A DNA stretch of 64,000 nt from the human T2T-CHM13v2.0 reference genome, Homo sapiens. The stretch lies in the NCBI RefSeq assembly GCF_009914755.1, contig NC_060947.1. One strand, written 5' to 3'. Below the pieces are notes generated by a model. That model was not told where the DNA came from. It was given only the letters and a program-made list of their open reading frames with translations, and did not search any database. A program made the translations under genes and the position numbers. This document shows positions 1 through 23,269 of the stretch, piece after piece (position 1 is the first letter of the stretch; every line of letters starts with the position of its first letter).

Positions 1-109
1 AAAGAAAGTGTACATCTTCAAACACAGATAATTGGAATAATTTGCCTTCTAATGAGGGGAAAAAAAAACAGCCTTTCTCCCTTTGCTGATTGAGTCCCCT
101 TTGGGGTGC

Positions 110-566
110 ATCACATTACTATTCCCATCTCTTTCTCCCTTGCTATATCCATATCCTTTGCCTGGTAACTTTGCAGTTCTTCCCGTTAGAGGTGGAGTCT
201 GTTTCTCCACTCCTAGGCTTCAGGCTCAGCCATATGATTCACTTTGGCCAAAGGGATATTAAGCCAAAGTGATGCGAGCAGGAGCTTGAAATGTGCTTGC
301 GCAGCTGGGTTGCTTTTCCCCCTCACTTGCCATCGCCGTGGGAATTGCATGTTCTGGCAAGCCTGCTGGTTGAAGGAGGATGAGCAATGTGTGTGGAGCA
401 GATCTGCACCCAGCCTGGGCTTCCAGCCAACCTCAGCTGAGCCCAGCCCACACCAGCTGACCCCACAGCCAACCTGCAGATGTGGGAGTGAAAATTAATG
501 AATGTTGTTTTAAGCCACCAGGTTTTGAGGTGGTTTGTTTTGCAGTAAGAATACGGCAATAGCTGA
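110..566 (+). mobile_element. MLT1-family (H/I/J-like) MaLR solo LTR
   Basis: GGTGGAGTCTGTTTCTCCAC...ACTTTGGCCAA near the start and TGTTGTTTTAAGCCAC...GGTTTGTT...GCAATAGCTGA at the 3' end, typical of MLT1. Confidence 0.75.
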
Positions 567-1034
<468 letters not shown>

Positions 1035-1172
1035 TGACACACTTCTGTCTGATCCACAACCACCTCTGTGATTGGATTGGTGGCACTGGGACGGTGCAGA
1101 TAACACAACTGATCACCATTCCTTTCTACTGTTATGCATACTGTGATCTTATTGGTTAAAATAATACAAATG

Positions 1173-1848
<676 letters not shown>

Positions 1849-2189
1849 TTATGAAGCGATTCTACAGGACCATACGTGATTTCCAACTAGTCTGGATTTA
1901 ATCAATGGCTACCTGTCCCTTTTCAGTAAATGTGCCCATAGCAATCATCTACATGTTGGCAGAAACTTCTCTTCTAAAAGGATATTGTACTTAAGTCACT
2001 CTTCCAAAAGTATTTACATTATTATATTAAAATTAAAATTAATTATATTGAAATAATTTCAAATATACTCAGAAAAGTCGCAAGAATGTACAATGAAATC
2101 CCAAACATCCTTTACTTACATTTAGCAATTAACATTTTGCCACATTTGCTTTATCATTTTCTTTTTTTCTGTATTTTTCTTTTTTTTAA

Positions 2190-2880
<691 letters not shown>

Positions 2881-3159
2881 TTTTTTCTTTATTTTTTTTT
2901 TCCTGAACCATTTGGGAGTAAACTGCAGACATCATGCTCCTTTACCCCATCTTCAGTTTGCATTTCCCAGGAATGAAAACAATCTCTTACATGATCACAG
3001 CTCAATTATTAAAATCAGAAAATTTAATGTTGATGTAATGCTATTATCTGTATATAATCCGTATTCAAATTTTGCCAATTGTCCCAGTAATATTCTTTAT
3101 GGCATTTTTTCCCTCTTCCTTGATCTAGAATCCAATTCAGGATCACAGATTACAATTAA

Positions 3160-3720
<561 letters not shown>

Positions 3721-4129
3721 TAATCTGGACCAGTTCCTTAGGCTTTCTTTGTCTTTCATGACATTAACATTTTTCAATAGTACAGCCCAGTTATTTTGTA
3801 GAATGTCTTTCAATTTAATATTGAGATTTCCCCACAGTGAGATTCAGGTTATGCATTTTTAGCAAAAATACTACATAGGTGGCAATTACATTTTAAATTC
3901 TATGTGTGATGAAAACAATATTTAATATGTTTTTCCCTCTGACTACATATAAGTCAGATGTAATATAATCTAAGGACTCCACCAGATGAAGAATTATTTT
4001 TGAGCGAGGGGGAAGTTCAGTGCGCTACTGATATTTGAAGCCAATATTATATCTCTGTGGTATACTTATTGTGATATAAAAGAACAGTATACTTTAACAA
4101 GAGCTTACTGTAATTACTGTCATGCAGAA

Positions 4130-4312
4130 ATTACAAGAAGATTTTGGCTCTATATGAAAACATTCTAACTTTTAGAACCACATAAAAATGGCTTCAATTT
4201 TGTGAACTCGCTAACTCTGAACAATTTTACTGGGGAAGGTAGAGAGATCATTTAGGCATCAGACAAGGGCTGAACTAAATTACTTCTAAGGTACTTTGTA
4301 ATTCTGGTCTGT
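4130..4312 (+). mobile_element. L3/CR1 (MIR3-like) 3' fragment
   Basis: AGATTTTGGCTC...TTCTAAC at the start and GGCTGAACTAAATTACTTCTAAGGT at the end. Confidence 0.5.
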
Positions 4313-4890
4313 GTTCCAGAAAGCCCGATGTCTGGGCTCACTCCAGCTTTCTAAGTGCTGGCAAGGATCTCACTCTTTGAATAAACAGGAAATTTTGTAC
4401 ATTAAGAGTCTACATGTCATGTGAAAAGATGCTCAATTTCACTCAAAATTAAAGAAATGTAAATTAAAACTATGATAAGATATCATCTTTTACCTACATG
4501 ATTGACACAAATCTAAAAGTTTAATACCACGTTCTGTTGGTGAGGGTGTTGGGAAACAGACGCTTTCATGTATTACTAATGGGAATGTAAGCTGGTGTAG
4601 AAACTCTTTGGAAGGTAATTTAGCCATAGCTATCAAAATGATATTCATTTACCCTTAAATGAGCAATTAAATTTTAGGGAATTCATTCTACAGATATACT
4701 TGCACTCATGGAAAATGACATAAGTACAAGGCTAATCAATGCAGCACTGTTTGTGATTGCAAAAGATTAAAAACAATGCAAATGTCCATCAATAGGAACT
4801 GGTTCAATAAATGTTTACATATTCATCCAAAGAAACACCATGCAGATGTTAAAAACAAGAGGGAGAGAGACTTCTCTTTGCACTGATTTA

Positions 4891-6070
<1,180 letters not shown>

Positions 6071-6138
6071 ACTTTCAAGTTTTTGAATCGTAAGACTATA
6101 TTACCTATTCAAAAACTGAATTTAAAAATAAATAAACA

Positions 6139-6275
6139 AGCCAGGTGCAGTGGCTCATACCTATAATTCCAGCACTTTGGGAGGCTGAAGCAAGATGATT
6201 GTTTGAGGCCAGGAGTTAGAGACCAGCCTGGGCAACATAGCAAGACCCTACCTCTACAAAAAAGAAAAATAAATA
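6139..6275 (+). mobile_element. FLAM/AluJ left monomer
   Basis: single monomer ending in an A-rich tail. Confidence 0.85.
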
Positions 6276-6384
6276 CATAAACAGAATGAACAGAAAATGG
6301 TAAAACAAACCAAAATGAGAAAGAATGTTTCCCTTCCTGTCTACCAGGAGTTATGAACTCCAGAGGCAATTTCCTAGCATTTAG

Positions 6385-6712
<328 letters not shown>

Positions 6713-6829
6713 GTGACTGACAGGTATCAAAAGACCTTCTAATTCTCAGCAGTGTTAAAGAGAGAGAGGTGCAATTTTTTTCCCAAGAAACCAAATCCCC
6801 ATGCATTTATAGAAGCATGGGGGAACTCT

Positions 6830-7281
6830 AAACAAATCCCCTTGGATCCCTTTTACATTTTCTATGAGCCCCCACCTCCTAGCTTCTGTGTGTGGCCTGC
6901 ACCTGTGACACTCTTTGGAGGCCTTCCCTTGGGCTGTTAGAGCTACTTTGCCCACTTGTATAGAGAGCTAGAAATGCCTGAGAGTTTACTTCCCCTCGGG
7001 CAGCCTTAACCAATGACTGACCGACCAGTGCAACAGTAGGAAATCCTAGCTCCTTGCCTCTGCAGCTTGGAGGCATAGTTTGTTTCAGAGCTTTCCATGG
7101 GATCAGGCTGAAGCTGGGACTTGGCTTGAGAGTGCAGTCTTATTTGCTTCTTCCCTTTCCATGCCCTACCTCTCCCACTCCTTTATCCTTTATTGGTTTC
7201 TCCTGTGAGTACTTCCTTAATAAATCATTTGTATTTGAAACCAGGTCTCAGGGTCCCCATCTGGAGAACACGACCAAAGAC
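6830..7281 (+). mobile_element. LTR16-family ERVL solo LTR
   Basis: GCAGCCTTAACCAATGACTGA, GGGATCAGGCTGAAG, CTTCCTTAATAAATCA and terminal GACCAAAGACA. Confidence 0.7.
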
Positions 7282-8016
7282 ATATGATTTATTGGATTTG
7301 GAATGGCTGTAACATGACATCAAAATTTGATTTTTCCTAAAAGATAGGTTTGAGAAATTGAGGTATCATTATCATCAGTTCCCACCCCACCTTTCATACA
7401 TTGCTAATGCCCCAGATTATGCCTCATTACACAATTATTTTATGATGCATAATAATTTTAATACCTTGCTTCTAGGAGCAAATGGGCTTTCCCACACACC
7501 TAATCATATTACCAATTTAGTTAATGTAAAAGTCCTGCCCCTAGGGACTAGTATTTTAAAAGACTGTAAATGGAATCTACAATGTTTCAGGTAGACCAAG
7601 ATGAAGGTAACAAAAGAAAAAACTCCTATATCATCTTAGGTTATCTGTAAACCTCCTGAAGCGTGAGATCAGACTAATCCTATCATTATTTTTACCTGCC
7701 TACCTCAAGATGCCATTAAAGCTCAAAATAGAATGCAGCTGATTTAACAACTCCATGTTTGCATTTTCCCCCATAAAAGCTCATTTTCTCGAATATAACC
7801 CATCTCTGCGCTTACAAAAGGACCAGTTTCCTGAGCAAATTTTTCTATTTCCTCCTTCCCCATAAACATCACCTTGACATCTAGAATCTTCCTACAGGTA
7901 AGTGCTTTGGTCAAATGTTTAATCATTTAAGAAGCATCCACAAGGCACCAAAAGTTGGAAAGAACATTCTTGCCCTTTTCAGGTTTCCATTCTGAGACAA
8001 AAGGGATTAAGATTTA

Positions 8017-8646
<630 letters not shown>

Positions 8647-8650
8647 TTAG

Positions 8651-9380
<730 letters not shown>

Positions 9381-9587
9381 TAATTTTTACATTGTTAAAT
9401 TGTTAGAAAAAAATGAAAAGAATATTATTTTGTGACATGGAAAAATAATGTGAAATTCAAATTTCAGTGTCCATAAATAAAGTTTCATCAGATCACAGCC
9501 TCACTCAAGTGTTTACATATTTTCTAGGACTGCTGTCACACTACAAGGGCCCCACTGAGTATCTGCAACAGAGACAATATGGCACTC

Positions 9588-10159
9588 TGTGGTAGGGAGC
9601 ATAATGGCCCCCCTCAGCCTCATCCCTGGAACCTGGGAATATATTATCTTACATGGCAAAAGGGACTTTGCAGATATAGTTAAGGTTACAAAGCTTCAGA
9701 CAGGGAGAGTATCCCAGATTATCCAGGTAGGCCCTATCTAATCCTATGAGCTCTTAAAAGCAAAGAACTTTCTCCAGCTGGAGTTAGAGAGATCCAAAGC
9801 ATGAGAATGATTTGAAGTGCCATTGCTGGTTTGAAGATGAAGGGGGCAATGTGACAAGGAACACAGGCTGCCTTAAGGAGCTGAGAGAAGCTGACAGCCA
9901 GCAAGAAAATGAGGGCCTCCAGCCACATTGAACTGGATTCTGCCAGCAACTCGGCTGATCTTGGAAGCTGATGCCGTCCCCAGAGCCTCCAGAAACTGAG
10001 GCTCTATCAACACCTTGACTTTGGTCTTTTGAGACACTAACCAGCTGAGCCCCACAGTGCTAGACTTCCGACCAAAGAAGTGTGAGGTTATAAACGGGTG
10101 TTGTTTTAAGCCTCTAAATTTGTAGTAATTTGTTACGGTAGCAATAAGAAACAAATACA
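9588..10159 (+). mobile_element. MLT1D/E-type MaLR solo LTR
   Basis: TG...CA termini, ACATGGCAAAAGGGACTTTGCAGAT motif, 5-bp TSD CACTC/CCCTC. Confidence 0.85.
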
Positions 10160-10224
10160 CCCTCAAAGCCTAAAATATATGCTATCTGACCCTTTCCAGA
10201 TAAATTTTACCAAATCCTGATCTG

Positions 10225-10395
10225 GATCCTTGTTACTCAAATTGTGGTTTTCAGGCCAGCAGCATCGGTATCACCTGGGAGCTTGTTGGACATGCAGAAT
10301 CTCAGACCTCACCAAGACCTACTGACTCTGAATTTGCATTTTAACAAGCTCTACAAGGGATTCTTTTACACACGAAAATCTAAGAAGCACTGGTC
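10225..10395. mobile_element. MER5A/B (hAT-Charlie MITE)
   Basis: ATCACCTGGGAGCTTGTT...ATGCAGAATCTCAG...TGCATTTTAACAAG. Confidence 0.8.
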
Positions 10396-10421
10396 TGGAG
10401 TTTGTCTTGCTGTTGTCTTAA

Positions 10422-10678
<257 letters not shown>

Positions 10679-11339
10679 CATTTGTATCTTGATATCACCC
10701 TTCTTCTCTGTGTCTCTAATTGTCCTTCGTAATGTCTTGACAGTGTCTCAAAATGGGGAAATGAGCAAAGGGTAGAGGGTTTTAAGGCATGGGGTGGGTG
10801 ATTTTGAGAAGAGTCTCACAGGACAGAGTATCGGTTGAGATTGGGCAGAGTTCATGACATAATTGATCTAGATTAGACTGACAGCGAGGAGAGCCTGAGT
10901 GGTCACTTAGCAGCCTGGGTTTCCACAAAGATAAGCCTCAGGCTCCGTCTTCTGTACAATGAAAACCTTGCTGGAAGGCACGCAAATGTGGTGTTTCTAG
11001 CCACTGGTACCTCAACAGAAATGGGCTTGTCTGACAGCTTTCGGAGAGTTCAGTTTGATAGGGAAAGATGAGTTTGAACCAGGATCCAGGCTAAAGAAGG
11101 AGGAAACCTCACAGTTGTTTCTTGCCTTGATTCTACATTTGGTTATCCAGCCCAGCTATGTCTTTCCCTGCAGTACAGCAAAATTCCTGCCTCTCATTCT
11201 TCAGTTGGCACTACTAATATGTTAGATGTAACTACAGAAAAAAAAAGTATGCTCTATCCACTTATTTATAGGCACTACTTTATATTAAATTGTTTTCTTA
11301 TTTATGATCCTTTTTTCTACTGAAACATATTCTTCCTTG

Positions 11340-11420
11340 GTAAAGGACTTTGTCTTGCTCACCATTCCGTCCCTAGAACCGTGCGTGCCACACATTAAGA
11401 GCTTGATAAATATTTGTATT
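11340..11420 (+). mobile_element. L2 3' fragment
   Basis: GGACTTTGTCTTGCTCACC...CCTAGAAC...GATAAATATTTG. Confidence 0.55.
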
Positions 11421-12068
11421 GCCATTTGGACAAATACATTAAACTACTGTAGGATATATATGGATATGGCAGTCAGGCAGATAAAGTCTCTGCTCATTTA
11501 TGTCTTGCTAGACAAATAAGTCAATTTCTAGATAAGATCTATTAAAATCCCACTGATTATGATAGTAAGGGTTTTGTGGAAGAGAAAGGTGGTAATAGAA
11601 ATTTGAAATAGAAATACATATCATTCGGTTACTATTTTATTCTTAGAAGATTTAAGGTAGGGTGCACTGTAACAGCATCTAAACTGCAGGATAAAGATAA
11701 ACCTCTGAAACCAAATCACAGCATTTATAATACAGGCTATTTTTCATTACAAAAATGGAAGCTAGGGTACATGATCCTCAATGAAGCAGCCAGTATATAT
11801 TAAAGCAGAGAAAATTATTATGATGATTGGTTTTAATTTAGCACAACTGTGTCTTTAATAAATGAAATTTTCTCTTAAAAGAAATCTAAAATATCTTGGA
11901 GAGGTTGTCAAGAGAGGAGAGAGCTGAGCTTTGCAGGAAAAAAAGATAGAACGATGTTCTTATGGGGAATTCTGAAGAGTATTAAATTGACTAATTCATT
12001 AGAAGAGCTTTTTGTGAGCTTATTACAGGTTCTTCATTATTGTAGGTCTTCTAAAAGAGTTTAAAGGC

Positions 12069-12393
<325 letters not shown>

Positions 12394-13147
12394 TAAACTG
12401 TACATCTTATTTCCACGTTTTCCAAATACCTGACCTTTTGAACATAGAATAAGTAGATATAAAAAGCATACATATTTTCAGCTTGCTCAGTGATTTTAAA
12501 TGTTATTTTATATGATTCAGATAGTTCAGCAATTTGTTTATGGCCATTTTATTTTGTTCCATAAAATCATTATCTCATATCCTAAATATTTTTATTAGTG
12601 TGCAAACATGCTTTATTAACTTCCAACATACTCTAAGTTTATCATGCAATTAAATCTTCCAGTTTATTAGCACCAATCATAATTTCATCATTTTTTTGGC
12701 GTGGCTGTGGTTTACTGTAAAACGATGCAGATGCAAAAAAAAAGAAAGAAAGGGATATCTTTTAACTCACTGTATAGTTGCTGTTGGGTCAACTCCCCAG
12801 AGTATCTGATGCACTTAAGGCTATTTAAAAACCAGTCTTAAGTACCAACCTTGCATCTTCCCTTAAAAAGGTCTCAATTTATATTCCCCCAAAATGATAT
12901 ACATCCTTCATCCATTCACTATTTAAAAAGTAGATACAAAACTTGGAGACAAAGCAAAAGATAGGTGTAACATCCTTTCAATATTGCCTGAAGAAAGCTC
13001 ACCCAAGGATTATTTAGGGCAATGTACCTTGTTTGCTCAGTCTATCATTGGTTAAAGGTCAGAGACTTAGCAGAGTTACATAAAAACTTAAAGAATTTTG
13101 TCCAGTAGAGATGCAGATCATTTCTGTCCAGTAGAAAAAAGAATTTA

Positions 13148-13803
<656 letters not shown>

Positions 13804-14132
13804 CTAACTCAGCCATTTTATCCTCATATTCCTTTATTGAATTGCCTGTGTATGCTTAGATCTTCACATGCACTTCAAACCAGCCTTAATATTCTACTGG
13901 TTCCTGAATAAATTAATGAGTTGAATAAAATCTTTAGCATATGTTCATTTTACATATGCATAAGAGTCATGATTTTACCTTTTTGGAAATTATACCTTAG
14001 TGCCACTTAACACCTCGTACCCCCTCCGGCAGGCAAGTGTTGTGGACTACCCCTATGGGAAAGAAAGCAGAACAGAGAGAACTTGAATATGAAAAACAAA
14101 ATGAAAAATCACTGAAGTCAAGAAAAACATAC

Positions 14133-14139
14133 CTTCAAT
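14133..14139 (-). other. Candidate 7-nt micro-exon ATTGAAG (or 3' end of a 102-nt exon 14234-14133)
   Basis: minus strand reads ttttttttttctcttcaaag|ATTGAAG|gtatgt; no transcript evidence. Confidence 0.25.
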
Positions 14140-14407
14140 CTTTGAAGAGAAAAAAAAAACCAGTCACCATAGAAACCAACGTTTGTGTGGTGGTAAAAAT
14201 GACCTTTATTTGGTCCTTATTCTGTTTCTGTTCTCTGGAAAAGGGAAGGCATTGGGTTCCAGCAGTGGGAAAGGATAAGGGGATGCATTGTTTGTAAACA
14301 AGAGGTATTTGATTTGCAGATTTGATTACAGATCTTTTCTCTCATTGAAATCCATGGGATCCCTTAGCTAACAGGCTGAGGGCACTTCATTTCCTTTTTG
14401 CTTATTA

Positions 14408-15038
<631 letters not shown>

Positions 15039-15438
15039 CTAAGTCATCACTCAATTTCCTGAGATCCAACTCTTATCTCCTTTCTCATCCCCATTTCCAA
15101 AGGTCACCCAAGTCATATTTCAGACTTGAACAAACATCTGGTTATTACCTGCTAGTGTCAAACAAGTGAGGACAAGCTGTGTCTCCCCGCTTCCAGGAAA
15201 TCACAGTCTCAGAGAGGGAGGAAAAAGAAGCAGAGTGGGCATAGATCAGTGGGGGACAGAGGGACAGCTGGAAGGATCTACTAGGATTTGTCTAAGACTA
15301 AGAGTACCTAAGTCTAACATGACAAAAGAGGGGAAAGAAATGGCAGATTTCAGCCTGAGGAATAAAAGCAATAGACTGAGTTCCAGTTGGGTTTTCAGTT
15401 ATTTTTCTAAGAAATGAGCCAGGAACCTATGGATTAGG

Positions 15439-15490
15439 TAGTCTTAGTCCATTTTTTGCTGCTATAACAGAATATCGCAGACTGGGTATT
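15439..15490 (-). mobile_element. MST/MLT1A LTR terminal stub
   Basis: GTCTTAGTCCATTTTTTGCTGCTATAACAGAATATCGCAGACTGGGTA, cut off at an Alu. Confidence 0.7.
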
Positions 15491-15492
15491 AA

Positions 15493-15794
<302 letters not shown>

Positions 15795-16270
15795 AACACA
15801 CTCTTAAATAAAATGGCCTTATGTGCTAACTTTGGCCTCCTCTTCAATCTTCAGGGGTGAGGATGGGGAATCGAGTCCCTGGGGACCTACCAATAGGACA
15901 GCAGCTTTAGAGAGGAGAAAAAGACCAGGCCTGTGACATGTAAGGAAGAGAAAGCCTGGGATTCCGTCTCAGGCAAGAAACATCCTTCTTGGGATACAAA
16001 TAATTTGCTCACAGTCCCTCTGTTGTATGAGTGAGCTTGCCTCTCCTCTGCCATACACATCTCTCAGGTTGCCCAAGAGTGACTTCCTTCTACTATCGCC
16101 TTGAGGTTCCTTTTAACAAAACGATATGTTCATTTATTCTGATGTAAAAGTATGCAAACTAGGAAATAAAGAAAAACACAAAATAGAAATCCCCCTTATT
16201 ACCACCTCACAGAAGTAACATTCAATATTTTGGTGTAAATTCTTCTTTCAGTGTACATTTTCTACGTACC

Positions 16271-17360
<1,090 letters not shown>

Positions 17361-17715
17361 TCTGCCTCTCATTTCTCATCTCTTGGTCTTGTTCTGTGCC
17401 CAAAGAGGCTAACCTCTACAAATGACATTAATGGATCCCTCTGGCATCCAGTTGTGTTGGGCTTCTAGGAAGCACTAACCGACCAGAGGTCAGAAGGAGA
17501 GAGAAATTTGGTATTTATTTGCATCCTTTCAGCCCCTGCTTGGTGCTTCAGATCTAGAGGTAATAAGGGTTTCCCACTGTTACTAGGCTCTGAAGATTCC
17601 AATATCTCTTTTTGGTTCTCTTTAACCCTACTCACACCTTCGAAGCAGTCTATTTATTAAATGCCCTTCAGCTAAGTCCTTTGGTGTGACATCAATTCCT
17701 GGGAGGACCCTAATA
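17361..17715 (+). mobile_element. LTR33-like ERVL LTR fragment
   Basis: GGTATTTATT, CCCACTGTTACTAG, TTAACCCTACTCACACCTT...TTTATTAAA. Confidence 0.55.
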
Positions 17716-17774
17716 CTTTGACATACAACAAATTTTATGTAGTTGGCAGCTATGTGTTAAAAAATATATCCCAA

Positions 17775-18055
17775 GCCGGGCACAGTGGCTCACCCCTGTA
17801 ATCCCAGCACTTTGGGAGGCCGAGACAGGCGGATCACGAGGTCAGGAGATCGAGACCACCCTGGCTAACACGGTGAAACCCTGTCTCTACTAAAAAATAC
17901 AAAAAATTAGTCAGGCGTGTTGGCGGGCGCCTGTAGTCCCAGCTACTCAGGAGGCTGAGACAGGAGAATGGCGTGAACCCGGAAGGCAGAATTTGCAGTG
18001 AGCCGAGATCGTGTCACTGCACTCCAGCCTGGGGGACAGAGCAAGACTCCGTCTC

Positions 18056-18072
<17 letters not shown>
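17775..18072 (+). mobile_element. AluY
   Basis: GATCACGAGGTCAGGAGATCGAG, GGCTAACACGG, GAATGGCGTGAACC diagnostics. Confidence 0.93.

Positions 18073-18130
<58 letters not shown>
18073..18130. repeat. (AT)29 microsatellite
   Basis: uninterrupted AT run counted directly. Confidence 0.98.
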
Positions 18131-18133
<3 letters not shown>

Positions 18134-18927
18134 AAACATTGCAAATAAGGCAAAGGGAAGGAGGCATGTCCTTTCAATGTCATACTGGGAACATTAGATA
18201 ACAGAATTATTTAATTCTTTAGAAGACTGTATCCGTGTTTGACTTTGCTATTTACTTTTTGATTAGAGCTCAGACACTGTAAAGTTATATGTTAACTTGT
18301 AGATAATTTCTCTCCGGTAGAAAAGATAACCCCAAAGGTTATGGTTTTATTGCTGTATGACTCATTAATCAGTTTTGTATTTTACCTAGCCCCTTATTCG
18401 AACACTCTTTTCTATTAATACCTATAAGTAGCCAGTTCATTAAATGCTCTTTGAACCAGCTTTATCATGTCACTGATGCCCTCACTAATAAATTGAAGAA
18501 ATCTTTTATATATGTTTATTCCATATTTAGATGAGTTTTGATTTTCGTTTTCTGAAAATTGTTTTGACATACTTCACACAGTTTTACATTATATGTTTTA
18601 CACCTACCATATCAGCAACTAATTCCACTCAACCATTCCCCAAATGTTGGGGATTTAGGTGGTTTCCAGTCTTTAACTATTATAAACAAGCTTTGCTGGT
18701 CATATTCACTTTTAATTGGATTTCCCATTCAGGTAAATGTCAATGGGAAGGAGAATGGTATAAAAGTTTGCATTGGGCCTTCAACTCCTATGCTCACGAT
18801 GGTCCTGACCCGCCTTTCTTCCGTGCTCTACCTTCATCCATTCCACTGCACCCCCACCACAGTCACCAAGATGTCCTTGTGGGACTTATAGCCAGCTTGA
18901 GGCATAGTGATCATGCCTGAGCATGCT

Positions 18928-19104
18928 CTTTTTTGTTGTTTTTTGGTTTTTTGTTTTTGAGACAGAATCTCGCTCTGCCGCCGAGCCTGGAGTGCAGCGG
19001 CACGATCTTGGTTCACTGCAACCTCCACCTCCTTGTTTCAAGCGATTCTCCTGCCTCAGCCTCCTGAGTAGCTGGGATTACAGGTGTGCATCACCATGCC
19101 TGGC
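18928..19104 (-). mobile_element. Alu right arm only (5'-truncated)
   Basis: tail plus right monomer. Confidence 0.9.
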
Positions 19105-19194
19105 CTTCCGGTGGCTATTATTCCACACTCTATGTCCATGCTGAGCACACCCTTTGCTAACAATAGCACCTGTACTCCGTCTTTGCTATATACA

Positions 19195-19350
19195 GACACT
19201 GCTGAGTGCCTGATATGCATGATCTCTTTGGGTCTTCATGACTACTAGTCAGCCAAGCCCTGTTATTATCTCCCTTTTCTCTCTATGAGGAGGCTAAGTT
19301 GGGATTTAAACCCAGGTCTGATCATAAAGTCTATGCTCTTAAGCACTGAG
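19195..19350 (-). mobile_element. MIR
   Basis: TATTATCTCCCTTTT...ATGAGGAGGCTAAG...GGATTTAAACCCAGGTCTG. Confidence 0.6.
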
Positions 19351-19555
19351 ACAGAAATTGACTAGATATGTATTGCATACCTGGGTGAATGAATAAATGA
19401 ATGATCAAAACCCTCCTGAGAGGGCTCAGCTGGGGGACCAAGGTAACAGAATCACACAAACTGGGCACAGTCCTGGCTGGGGCTGCCTTCTCAGGCTTCT
19501 TTTTGGCTCCTCTATTTACAGACCTCTACATGTTCTGCTGACCTGTCTTCTAGCT

Positions 19556-20902
<1,347 letters not shown>

Positions 20903-21001
20903 TTCCAGTTTACTGATTCTCCCCGCAGATTTGACTAATCTACTATTAAATCCAGCCACTGCATTCTTAATTTTGGTTATTGTATTTTTTCGGTTCCACA
21001 A

Positions 21002-21277
21002 TTTTTATTTTTATTTTTCATTTTTCCTGAGACAGAGTTTCGTTCAATAGAGCTAATAGCCCAGCGGAGTGCAGTGGTGCAATCTCGGCTCAGTGCAGCA
21101 TTGACTTCTCCAGTTCAAGCGATCCTTCTTCTTCCACCTCCCAAGTAGCCGGGACTATGGGCACATGCCACCACACCTGGTTAATCATTTTTAAATTTTT
21201 AGCAGACACAAAGTCTTGCTATGTTGCCCAGGCTGGTCTCAAACTACTGGGCTCAAGTGATCCTCACACCTCAGCCT
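21002..21277 (-). mobile_element. AluJ, 5'-truncated
   Basis: J diagnostics, diverged. Confidence 0.88.
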
Positions 21278-21720
21278 ATTTGGTTCTTTTTAATAGCTGC
21301 CAGTTTCCTCCCAAAATCCATAATTCTTCCTTTTATCACCATGAACATAGGAAGAATAATTAAAATATGCGTCTCATAATTCTAATATTTGTAGCCAGTG
21401 TGAGTCTTTTTCTATTTTCTATAACTTCTGCTGTTTTTTTATTTATGGCATCTTTCCTTCTATTGTGTCTCATTATTTCTCATTGGATGCTGGACGTTGT
21501 ATTTGCAAATTTGTAGAAGTAATTTGATGCATGAGTGTTCTCTTCCTCCAGAGATTCATGCTTGCTTCAGTATGGTATCTGGGCATGCCAGCAGTTTGGA
21601 AAGTACAAGCAACACTAACACACTGGGATTTGCTTAATCCAAGTTCAGTGATTGAGATGATTACAGGCTGAGCTGTAGCCCCTTGGGAGAATCTATTTCT
21701 GGTTATAAGATGTAGATCTT

Positions 21721-22081
<361 letters not shown>

Positions 22082-22781
22082 TTAGCGTGGCCAGCCTGTG
22101 AAAAGCGCTACTCGGCCTTTGCACTTCTCAGCTTCTCTGCTGGAATTAGGATAAATGCCCAAGCAAAAAGCAACTTCCTGGGCTTCCTTCTTCTCCTAGA
22201 TCCTGGGCAGGAAGATCTAGTTAGCTCTCGAATGTCTTCACACAGACTTTGTCTATTTTAGCCAACTTTTCTACTTGTACTAAAGTCATGTACTTGGGCC
22301 AAATCACCTAGTCCACCATTCCAGAAGTGGGGGTCCAAAGATAGATTCTCTATGCAAAGGAAACTGGACCTTATCATTGAAAGAGATATTTGAAAAGAGG
22401 CTTATATTGTCCTTCAAAAATCCCAAATGAGATAGATCATGCAAACAAAGAAAACCCACCAACACATGCTTGTTATTTTGGTTTAAATTTCCTACTATAT
22501 TTCAATATACAACAATTGCTAGAATCTTTTAAAAAAAACATTTCTAGGTTACTATTAATTATCTATCTTGTAATATACTCTAAAATCAACAAAATTCACT
22601 GCATAATTTGAGGTCCTTGCAGAAAAATTAAACAAAACAAATGAAAATACATTCCTTTGTGAAACCTAATTTTGAACTACAATTTCAACAGATTCTTGAA
22701 TTTTAAAATATTAAAGATTCTTGATTTAAAAAAAAAAAGGATTCCATATTAAAGACCATTTTTGTCTGCTCCACCAAATAA

Positions 22782-23236
<455 letters not shown>

Positions 23237-23269
23237 TAATGTTACTGGGAGAAAAAAAGAAACACTTAC

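Noticed and set aside
3902-3950. C-box GTGATGA and D-box CTGA with a short ATGT/ACAT stem
   Set aside because: Too short for a C/D snoRNA and no recognisable guide; expected by chance
13937-13959. GCATATGT/ACATATGC 8-bp hairpin
   Set aside because: Short inverted repeat of a size expected by chance in AT-rich DNA
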